From Geosiphon pyriformis uo1 (lineage: Eukaryota > Fungi > Glomeromycota), in contig JAAOMT010000226.1 in NCBI GenBank assembly GCA_016748015.1, positions 478,604 to 542,603 on the forward strand: a stretch of 64,000 nucleotides of DNA, in the 5' to 3' direction. Shown here one piece after another: positions 43,996 through 55,600 of the stretch. The notes under the pieces are model-generated. The model worked only from the letters and a program-made list of their open reading frames with translations. It searched no databases and was not told where the DNA came from. Each line of letters begins with the position of its first letter. Positions within the stretch are counted from its first letter, which is position 1. The translations under genes and the position numbers were made by a program.

Positions 43996-45371
43996 TTAAG
44001 TGTTCAAGTTTGGCTGTTGTTCTATTATAATTATTGGTTCTAAATTTTGGGAAATATCTTCAGATTTAATTAAAGAGGAATGTGTACCAATTTGTGGAAT
44101 TAATAGTTCAAGATTGTTTCTGAAGGGATAGTGTTTCAAACTATCTCCATGTGCAACTTTTGCTAGTATTTTGTCATCAAGTCTTAACTTGTATGATCCA
44201 TTGTCTAGAATTTCGTGAATATAAAATGGTCCATTCCATTTGTTTTCAAATTTTCCACTCCATTGTTTTTCAGCCTTAGTTTTGTGTAAGAGAACTTTAT
44301 TTTCAACTTTAAATTTGTTGGTTATGGGTGGTAGTTTGTTGTCATGTCTTTCTTTCTGTTAAGCTTGAGAATGTTCAATATGAGTTGCTGCTGTCTTTTT
44401 TTTTCCTTTCAGTGTACTAAGAAGAGTGTAGGCCCTTTTTTGGAGTGTTTTTTGAAAGTTCTCTTCATTAATTGGTTGTACAGAGTATGTTTTCCACTGT
44501 AAAATTAATTGGTAATGTTGCTGTCCTTTCATAAGTTAAATCAAATAGTGTGTGTTTCATAGTATCTTGTTTTAGTATTCTGTATGCTAGTAACACTAAT
44601 GGAATAAAGATATCCCATTCCTGCTCAAAGTCTGTTGAAACTTTGGCTAGAGATTCACACAATGTTCTGTTGAAACATTCTACAAGTTCATTTGTTTGAG
44701 AGTGATAAGATAATGATAGAAATCTTTTGACATTAAATTATTTACAAATTTTTTGTATCAAGTTGTTCACAAAATGTGTTTCTTGATCAGATAAAAGTTC
44801 AATTGAACATCCATGTCTACAAATAATGTCTTCATAGATGAAATTTGCTACTGATTTTGCATTTGCTCTTTGGATGGCTCTAGCTTCAGGCCATTTGGTA
44901 AGATAATCTACTGCAATTACAATATAACAATTTCTTGATTTGTGATAAGTAATGGTCTGACTAAATCAATTCCAACTCTGTCAAAAAGTTGATTGGATTT
45001 AAAGGTTCTGTGGGGTGAGTTTTTCTTCTTTTTTGACAACTATTACAAGATTCTACATATTGTCGAATGTCTTTTTGCATTTGAGACCAAAAGTAATATT
45101 CAAGAGTTCTTTGTATTGTTCCATCTCTTCCCAAGTGTGCTAAAGAAGGATCTGTGTGCATGTTGTATAAGATTGTTTCTTTTTCATTCTCTTGTACTAA
45201 TCTGAGTGGTTGATTTGGATTTCTATGATTCTTGTAATAGATTTTGTTGTGGTGTATAAAATATTGTTTGGATTGGTGTTGTAATCAATGTTTTTCACTT
45301 GAAGACCAATTTTTTGGCATGGTAAGAGTCTCTAAATAGTTTTTGATGTTGTTGTAGTTTTCCAAATCCAT
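43996..45371 (-). pseudogene. A2 integrase, separate ORF
   Basis: Starts ACAATGG (MDLENYNNIKNYL). HHCC zinc finger (MHTDPSLAHLG..CNSC), DDE core, NGPF motif; 10-bp deletion near 44990. Confidence 0.88.
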
Positions 45372-45438
45372 TGTTGTTGATTTTGTTATTTGTTCTGCTG
45401 TTAAGTTTGTTGGTGTTTTATTGGTGTTAATATTGGTA

Positions 45439-48358
45439 TTAATATTGTCTCATTCTTGAAAGGCTGTTAACATTGGTGTGTAGTTTTCCTAATTTGTGAT
45501 GTACTATATATTTGTAGTTTGCTAAAAAATCATTCCATCGAGACTGTTTGGCACTTTGTTCTTTTTTATTTTTATTGAGCCATTTGAGGCCAATATTGTC
45601 AGTTATGATGTCAAACTCTTTTCCATTCTTCAGGTATTGTTGAAAGTGTTTAAGAGCCCAAGTGACTGCAACAGCTTTTAGTTCTGTTGAGCCATATTTG
45701 AGTTCTGTTAGCTTGAGTGTTCTACTAGCATAGGCAATGACTTGTTCCTGGCCATTTTCATCCAATTGTAATAGGATGGCACCAAAAGCTATGTGTGAAG
45801 CATCAGTAACTAGTTAGAACTGTTTGTTGAAGTCTGGGTAAGCAAGAACTGGGGCTGTTGTCAATCTTGTTTTGAGGATTTCAAAAGCTTTTTGTTGTTC
45901 TTTTGTCCATTTGTATGGCACATTTTTGTTGATAAGATAATTGAATGATTTGGCAATTTTTGAGAATCTTTTTATGAATTTCCGATAGTAGGAGGTTAAT
46001 CTTACAAATTCTCTTAGTTCTATGGTATTTTTGGGAGTCTGAAAGTTTTTGACAGCACTAATTGTTCTAGGGTTTGGTTTGACTCTATCTTTGCTAACTA
46101 TGTGTTCAAGAAAAATTAAGCTTGTTTTTCCAAAGTGACATTTCTCAATATTTAACTTCAATTCTGCTTTCCATAATTGTTGAAAAACTTTTCGCAGGTA
46201 AATAAGATGGGCTTCAAAGCTTGATGAGTACACATCAGTGTCATCAAAGTAAACAATTACTGATTGCCATAAAAGTCCTTCATATACAACATCCATAAGT
46301 TGTTGGAATGTTGCTGGTGTATTGCAGAGTCCAAAAGGCATAATATTGAACTTATAGTTTTCTTCTTGGGTGGTGAATGCTGTTTTGGGTCTATTTTTTG
46401 GGTCCATTTCAACTTGCCAGTATTCACTTTCCAAGTCTAAAGTTGAGAAGAACTTGGCTTTTTCTAAAGCATCTAACATGTTATCAATTCTTGGAAGAAG
46501 GTAGGCATCTCCAATTGTGACACTATTCAATTGTTAATAATCAACACAAAATCTGATTTTTCCGTTTTTCTTTTTGACAAAAACTACTAATAAGGCTCAT
46601 GGACTTTTTGATGGTTGAATCAATTCATTATTGAGCATTCTTTGGACCTCTTCTCTAATAAATTGGTGGCTAACAAGTGAAACTTGATAGGCTTGTTGTT
46701 GTTTTGGTAAAGCATCTCCTGTATGGATTTGGTGTTGAACAATATTTGTTTTTCCAAGGTCATTGTTGTCTTTTGCAAATATATCTGCAAATTCAGTTAT
46801 CAATTGTTTCAATTGTTTTTGTTGTTGGGATTCCAAGAGACTCATGTTGATTTGAGAGAGTTTTTCTTCCAAAAGATGGTAGTTTTCAGTAGTAGAAATG
46901 ATGTTTGGATTTGGAAATAGTGTATGTCTTATAATTTCGATGAAATTAGAGACAATTTGAGGGTTTTTATCTTGAAAAATATTACTGTGTATGATTCCAA
47001 TCTCTAGTTTGTTCAATAGGACAATGGGATAATTATTGGGGTTATAGAATGTAACTCAAAATTTTTTTATTTCTTTGGAAATATAAACGTTTAGAATTGA
47101 GATTTCATGCTTCAAACAGATTTGTTCATTGGATTCAAAGATTTTTTGGGTAGTGGTGGGTTTTGAGCAAGTGTTAATTTCGTGATGTTCATCAAAAGGT
47201 GAAATGGTAATTGGTTGGGGAAGTTGAAGAATCTGATAAGATTTATTCTGTGTATTGAGAGCTATATTTACTGAAACTGTAAATTGTCAAGTTGAACCAA
47301 AACCTTGAGTTCCTCTTTCACTTTTTTCCAATTGTTCTCTGTTTTTAACTGATTATAACTCTAAAATGTTGATTAAAGGTAGATAAATTGCTTGGACAAT
47401 TTTTTTAGCATGTTCAATCCTGAATGGTTTGTCTGTTTCATTTTGTAACATGATGGTAATGTCTCCAGTATATCCTGCATCTATAACTCCTCCTTTAATA
47501 TTAATTCCTTTGCTTGCCAATGATGATCTGGATGCAATTTGAACTATTGCTCCAGGTGGAATTTCAAGAATGATTTTGAGATTGATTTTTGTCAAGGACT
47601 TTGGTTGGAGAACCAAAGTATCTTTTCCTGGATATCTTAGGTCATATCCAGCATCAATTTCGTGTGCTTTTTTTAGTCTGATTCCTTGGCCATGGTTGTC
47701 AAAATATTTAAGTTGTAGAGATGGTTGCTTTTCAAGAAGATAGATGGGAGTGGTTGGTATTTCTTCTACCAGTTCAGATACTCCAAATTCGATTTCATTT
47801 TCATTATTTTCCTTTGGCAGGGGAATGCTAAGAACATAACATTCTGGACACCATTTGTCATCACAAGGCATGATGCATTCTTCACACAATTGAATGTTCA
47901 TTTGCTCTAATTGTTGAATTTAAGCTTCTTGAATTAGGTATATGTGGCTTGCAATTTGGTAGTAAGTTTTTACTTCATCTTCATAATCAAATCCAGCTAA
48001 TTCCATGGTATACTCAATGTATTCAGCTTCTTTTATTTGGCAGACATCTTCTTGAGTGGCTCCATTAATCAATGCCATTGCTAGGTCAAAAATTATTTCA
48101 GCATTATGAGAGTGGTAAAGTTTATTGAGAGCACTGTTGTATGCTACATTAAATGATGTTCCTCTTCTGACTTTTTCCGAAATTGATAGAGCATATTAAC
48201 AGGTTTGATCACATATTTTTTCTTTCATTGCAACATCAATCTAGTTGTATTCTTCTGATAACATATCTCTACATATAAGGCAAGGTGTGTTGTTCTATTT
48301 TCCACTTCTTTTTGGAGATCCAAATTGTTCTCTATGGTATGCTTTGCAAAAGTAACAG
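45439..48358 (-). pseudogene. A2 pol 3' part: Cys-rich domain, dUTPase (~47291-47690), RT, RNase H
   Basis: AGYDL, RSS, GVIDAGYTG, RGTQGFGST (dUTPase motifs); MPFGL, VYFDD (RT); TDAS, ELKAV, ITDN (RNase H). Ends SRMRQY*. Confidence 0.92.
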
Positions 48359-49220
48359 TGTTACTTATAAAAATATAGGGAATATATATTAGCATAGTTA
48401 TTAACCAATCAGAAATAGACATAGTAAAATGTAGAATTCCAGGATTTCTCTTAGGAATTGCAGGATTTCAAGAATTCCAGGATTCTCACAAGGAATCACA
48501 GGATTCTAGAATTCCAGAATTTCTCTCAAAAAAATTGCAGAATTCTAAGAATTCCAGGATTCCTGTTGTGAAGAATTGAGAAATTGAGAAATCTCAATTA
48601 TGTATATATAGTAGTAGAATTAAAAGCTAAAAAAAGAGACCTTCAAGTTTAGATTTTATTTAGACAACCTTCTAAACACAATAAATAACTATTTGGTATC
48701 TCAAACCTAATTCCACTATTAACACTCTATGTTGATAATAATTGATACTTAAACACACTAGAACAATAGCTTTTGATCACGGCTATTGATGGGATATTAA
48801 CTTGCAAAATTGTCTTGGTTTATTTATGATTTTCTTTTATTTCTTTTATTTATTTTATTTTGATTTTATTGTTGTGCACTAATTGGTTGAATAAAGTGCT
48901 AAATTACTAACATCAAGAATTGTCTGGTAAAAGACTTCTGTGAGAGAGGATAGGACATGTACAGAAGATACAAAATACTTACCAGAGGATTGCCGGCCAT
49001 TACATTAAGAAAAAAATTAACAGAATTGCGATTCTAAGAAGCTATGGATAAAACAACTATTGAATCTCTGTCCATTATACAAAAAACTCAACCCGAAACC
49101 TTTAAATACAAAATCTTCAGATACAAAACCTTCAGATTAATAACATCAATGCAAATAACTTTTAGCACCAAGTTACAGGTTTGTTATTTGATTTAACATC
49201 CCAAATAATCATTTGTAATA
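48359..49220 (+). repeat. 5' LTR of B
   Basis: TGTTACTT...GTAATA; U3 array of GGAATTCCAGGATTC-like units; TATGTATATATAG box at ~48600. Confidence 0.95.
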
Positions 49221-49281
49221 TTTGGTGCTCCCTATGAGGTATAATTCTACAAAAAACCAGCACCAACAACCCCATTCAAAA

Positions 49282-52200
49282 GTGGCAGAATCAGAAAACA
49301 TCAGAGCAAACCATCTAGGATTCACAAAATTTTTATTTCAACATTACTGTCAATATTTGGGATTAACCCATAATCACATATTAGCAGAATTAGCTTTCAA
49401 TTTCTATGTCAATGAAAAGATTGCCTATCTGTTAAGAACATCCATGAATATTGAATCAGCGAGAGAAACTTTTTACAACAAATTAATTCAAAACACCAGC
49501 CTACCCATAAATCATAATTTCGCATCCATTATTACTGAGATCAACAAAGAAATTGAACACCACATACAGCAAAGATACCCAATTACTTACACAAGTAAAG
49601 GCAAAGGAAAATTACAAACACCAGCAGTAACATCTCAAAGAATACAACCATCCACTTGAAAGAAAACTAGAATTAAGTCCTCAAACAACCCATCCTACTA
49701 CTATACTCCTGGAAGTGCCATCAATATATCATTAACAGATGCGTCTGCATCAAATGTGACATCAACATTTGGATGTTTCCCATTTCAAAGTAAACAAAGA
49801 AAAAAAGATTTACTAGGACCATACGGCGAGTATTTTAAAGGATTTAAATCTCAATCGCTGATGCCATCAGGATTTCAATCACCACCACCTCAACCAAATT
49901 TCGGAATCATGAGTCTGTGGAAAATTACTGAATCAGAAAGAGGACAAGAAGTAGAAGAGGAAAAAAAATCTAAGGATCACAAATTTACTTACCAAAACCC
50001 GATCCTAGAAAACCCAGAAAGTAAAACTCCGAACTTTCAAACCCAGCCAAATTTAGACAATCAGAAAAACAACACTCCGAATATTCAAACACCACCAAAT
50101 CAGAACAATCCAAACTTCAAAGTAATTAATCAATACTTACCTTCAGTTATCGTCATTGATCAACCACCCGTTGAACCAATTGGCCAGCCCATCCAACCAC
50201 AGAACCAACAAAATCAACAACTGCTACCAGTACCACCTCAACAACAACAACAACTTCCACCACCACAGCAACAACAAATGGCTTATGCACCCATCACAAA
50301 ACTTGACAAATTCAATAGTGAAGAAGACGATGTCCAAGTCTGGTTAAATGACATAGCCAAAGCCATTACAGCCAATAATTGGGATGATGCTAAAGCAATG
50401 CAAGCAATCCCTTACTTTCTTCAGAATACCACTGATGCATGGTATCAAAGTCTTGCTGTCAAATCCCAAAATTTTAATGGATTCAAAACTGAATTCTTGC
50501 AGTACTTTAGCAACAATAATAGTATCAACAAATTAGCCAACACTTTTACAATGATCAGACAAGGAGACACTGAAGCAGTCACTACCTACTTGGAATGTTT
50601 CTATAAAAATCTACGCCAAATACAAGCCATTCAAGCCAACTATTTCACAGCACCACAAATTTTAAATCAATTTATTAGAGGATTGCACAGTAGCATTCTA
50701 CAATGAGTACATCCAATGCACCTAGTGAACCTTCCAACCACAGTCACATATGTTAGAGATTTTGAAGCAGCTAAACTAGAAGCTAATCATGCTCAAGCTG
50801 TAAATCTAGCAATAAATAGATCATCTGAATTGGATTCCAAATTGAAGCAATTCAGTGATTCAATTAATCAGAAATTAGAAGGATACTTAGCTGACAATTA
50901 CATGATTTATCAACCTCCTCAACAGTGTAACAATCAGAGAAACACAAATCATTTCCAAAATTAGTCATGTCCATTGTCATCATCCAATCAGTTGTGGCAG
51001 CCAGAGACATGTGTCTGCCACAACTGTGGTAAACAAGGGCACATCAAAGCCAACTGCCATACTTATAGCAATCCATGATCGGGAAATCAATATAGAAACC
51101 CCAATTGCTGGTTCCAAATTCCGAACCATTACCTGAATCAAGACCAATACCAACCTACTTACCTGTCTATAATGTACTAACCAATTTATCAACCACCAGT
51201 TTATCAAACTCCAGTTTATCAATTGCTGCCACAAGCAATTTATCAGGTGCAGTTACAAGTAATATATCAACCACAGCCACCAGCAATCTATCAAACACCC
51301 ACTATTCAAACACCACCAGCAAACTCAGCTCAAATGACATCAAGGAACCCAAGATCAAGGATCACCCAAAACTGGAGATCAGCAATAGTTGTATATCAAC
51401 TGATCCCTAGCTCTTCTTACTAGTAATCAAGATCTTGTCAGTGGAATTCGGGCACCGGTCCCACCCAAAACCCAAATTTCCAATACTATTTAAGCCTTCG
51501 GGTGACTCCAGAAGATGCCACCTTCAGCAATTAGGGAATCAAACAACAACAACCACTTATCAATAATATCCCACCTGCTACAATTACCAAAAATAAATCT
51601 TTGGATGCCATTTTTCCATTCAAACTCGAGGAACTATCAAATACGCTATTATTCAGTGGAGTAGCACTTGAAGAGAAACCGATTACAGCCATATACACTA
51701 ACGCCAAGGTCAATGGCCATTCCATCAAATTAATCCTTAACAGTGGTTCAGCAGGCAGCATTATCACATGACAACTTATGGATCAATTAAGTTGCCGAGT
51801 TGATCGTGCTGTTAGCACCAAGATTATCACCATGGATAGAGCCACCAAAATCCCAATTGGCAAAATCAATGACTTCTTAATTGAAGTTAATAGCATCATA
51901 GTACCCATCAAAGTTTTGGTAATAGAAGCCACCCAATACTAAGTGTTAGTTGGTAATAACTGGCTATTCAAAACCAACACTGTGCTCAATTAAACAACTC
52001 AAAAACTAGTACTCAGCCAGAATGGTTGACACATACAAGTACCAACAATGTGTAGTCACTTCAAAGCTATCAACACCACAGCACCACTAATTAATCTCAA
52101 AGAAGAAAAACCAAAACCTACCTGAGAAGTGTATCAAGTCTTGTGGGCTGACAAAGAACACAACGAGCTACTGCCAATACTCTCATGAGATAACAATGGC

Positions 52201-55200
52201 AAAGAAAAACAGAAAAGAACAGAACCTACCTGGAATGCAGACCAAGTTTGGGACACCAATCACAACTTAGAAGAACCACCAATTTGGAGATGGGATAAAA
52301 GAGAAAAAGAAAAAGAAAAAGTGAAGGAAGAGGAGCCACTACCAACTGCCAGTTACATCCCTTATACATATACACCACCACAATTATTGAGCTATCATTG
52401 ACTAAAGCTTATATGCATTGATTGTGGCAAAAAATTGTTGTCAATAGGCACCTGCTGTGGCGATGACGAGGAATACCAGATGGCAACTAAGTTCTATTGT
52501 CACACATGTCTCATCGAATGCTTTGAAAGACCAAAACAAATGAGAAAATGGGATAATACACTATGTTTAGCATGTGGGAAAACTTTCCTCAACAAAGGAA
52601 TGTGGAATGACATTCCTGGAAAAGAAGAAATGTGCAATAAAACCTGCCAGTATATAATACTAATCAATAATTAGGTATGCAAAGGAACACCAATTGATAA
52701 CGCCTGGAAATGAGCATTATAATGATTGGAAGGATATCCATATGACAAACATGAACTTTGAAGAATGGCGAGTGCAAAGGCAAAAGGTGCAACAACCAGT
52801 GAACTACTAGAAATCAAAAACAACCCCCTATCTTTGCCTGAACCTGAATACATCCTAATGTTTGACATATTTGACAACATTGAAGATGATTCGGAAGAAT
52901 TCTATGAACACTATCAATGGTTGGCATCTACTTGAGAAGAACAAAAGCAACAGTTAGAAGAAATAAACACTCGACTATGTGACCACTGTTTGATTTCATG
53001 TGATTTCCAATATTGTAATGAGTGTGACCTCATTTACAATCCGTCACTATGCATGATCTACATAATCCCAGAGGAAGAGGAACCAATCAGCAGCTGTGCA
53101 TCAGAATTGGAATCAATTTTTAATCCCGATTTAAACTCTGATAACGATGATGATAAAAACACTAGTTCCAGCTCTATCCAATATGGCAATATCAATAACA
53201 ACAATTCCAATTCAGATTTAAACTCCGATCCAGACTATAAACAATATATTGCACTCCCTGATCTCGCCAAAAAACAGGAACTTAAATGGTTTAGCAATAA
53301 TAATGAAGGTATTATGCCAGAACGTGCACATAATACTAATGCCGGGTTTAATCTGAGATATCCAGGAAAAAAGGCCATCCAATTGGAACCACATTCACAC
53401 ACCTGCATTGATTTGAAAATAGCACTGGAAATTCTGGCAACAACAATAGTTCAATTAGTATTTAGGAGTAGTCTAGCGAAAAGAGGGATAAATATAAGAG
53501 GAGGAATAATTGACATGGGATATGTAGGAAATATTATTGCCATGCTACAAAATAACTCAGAAAAGGCCTATATTATAGAGCCAAACAAAAAGATAGCACA
53601 GGCAATATTTCTGCCTCTGGTTAAAGTAGCTCAATTAGTGTCAGTAAGAAACAGAGAAAAATTAGGGATAACAGCAAGAGGGATACAGGGATTCGGATCC
53701 ACAGGTAGAATAGATATACCAGTCAATATGGCAGAGGAAGAAATTGTTGGCCAAGAAGAAATTGTCTCAACTGGTCAAGCAATTTCTATTGCACTATATG
53801 GCCAGTACATGTTAGCAATAGAAAGGAGAATGAAAGATCAAGCACAGATTTTTGAAGCAGAAGCAACCCTTTGTAAATCAGGAGAGATTGGACTTATTAA
53901 TCTCCACATATCTGCCAAAAGCCACAATCATATCAAAATTCTTATCTACAATACAATAGAAGATGCCATCACAATACCAAAAAGAACTATCATTGAATAC
54001 CTAAGCACTGAATTAAAAGATCAACCACCAAGCATTATTCCAAATTTTCCACAGCTTTGTGGATATGTGGATATTACATCACAAACAATATATGGATGAA
54101 ATAAATGTTATTTGCTCCAACCAGAACAATTGGAACAAATGAACATGGGAAACTTAGACCCACTTTAATGTATGCAGCTTAAAATATTGCTTAATAATTT
54201 CAATAACATTTTTGCCAGCAAAAACAAATTTGGCAGAACTGATATCATCCAACACCAGATCAAAACTGGAGATGTGATGCTAATCAAACAAAGAGCATAC
54301 AGAATACCACTAACCAGTCATGAAATCATCCATCAAGAAATCAACCAAATGCTTGACAATGGTTTAATTCAGCCATCAATGAGCCCATGGTCATCACCAG
54401 TAGTACTTGTCCATAAGAAGAATAGAAAAATCCGATTTTGTGTAGACTACAGGAAACTCAATGATGTAACTTGGGGAGACAGCTATCCAACTTCATGGAT
54501 ACAAAAACTATTCGATGCTTTTGGTGGAAACAAATAGTTCTCAACGTTAAACTTGAATAGTAAGTACTGACAAGTAGCCATGGATTCAGCTGACAAAGAA
54601 AAAATGGCATTTACCACAAGAGAGAAAAACTTTGAGTTTGAAGTTATGCCATTTGGCTTAACCAATGCTTCAGCTACATTCCAACAGCTAATGGAAATTG
54701 TGTATACTGGCTTATTGTGGAAATCAGTAGTTGTATACTTGGATGATACCAATATGTTCTCAAAAACATTCAATAATCATTTACGTCATTTCCAACAAGT
54801 GTTCGAAAGACTACAATGAGCAGGATTAAAATTGAATGCAACAAAGTGTTTTTTTGGCAAAACAGAACTAAAATTCTTGGAACACATAGTTAGCAAAGAC
54901 AGCATAAAAACAGATCCAGAGAAAATAGAGATAGTAAAGAACTTTCCAATACCAACCAACGTAACTAAGCTGAAATTATTCTTGGGATTTGTGAGCTATT
55001 ATAGATGCTTTATAAAGAACTTTTCAAAGATAGCACAATCACTCAATGATCTTCAAACCAAAAATGCAAAGTATGAATGGACTGAAACCCAGCAAAAAGC
55101 ATTTGACATCTTAAGAAGAAAGCTTATTCAAGCTCCAGTATTGATCTATCCAGATCATAGTAAACCATTTATTATTACCACTGATGCATCAAGTCAAGCA

Positions 55201-55539
55201 TTGGGAGTAGTACTATCTTAAAGAGGATTGGATGAAAGAGAACATCTAGTTGCATATACTAGCCAAGGTTTGACTCCAGTCGAAAAAAACTATAGAACAC
55301 CAGAATTAGAACATCTAGCAATCTATTGGACAGTTATAAAATAGAAAGAATACTTGAGCCAAAAGTTTGAGGTGTACACAGATCACAAAAGATTGACATT
55401 ACTTCAAAAACAAGAATTTGGTGATAAAAGACAGTCAATATGGAAAATGGCTCTTTCAACATATACTTATACTATACATTATAAAAAAAGAAAAGACAAT
55501 GGAAATGCTGACAGTTTGTCATAAATGAGACAAATCTAA
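49282..55539 (+). pseudogene. B gag-protease-Cys-rich-dUTPase-RT-RNase H in a single reading frame (~2085 codons, nonsense mutations only)
   Basis: All the main ORF fragments from 49222 to 54832 share one frame. CHNCGKQGHIKANC knuckle, LILNSGS protease (D>N), AGFNL/RSS/GIIDMGYVG/RGIQGFGSTG dUTPase, YLDD RT, TDAS RNase H. Ends MRQI*. Confidence 0.92.
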
Positions 55540-55600
55540 GAACATTTCAACCCAAAAACATAACAAAACCAAAAAAATACTCACGAAAATATAACAAAAG

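Noticed and set aside
48434-48570. CRISPR-like array
   Set aside because: Short degenerate tandem units without unique spacers, inside both LTRs of a eukaryotic retroelement.
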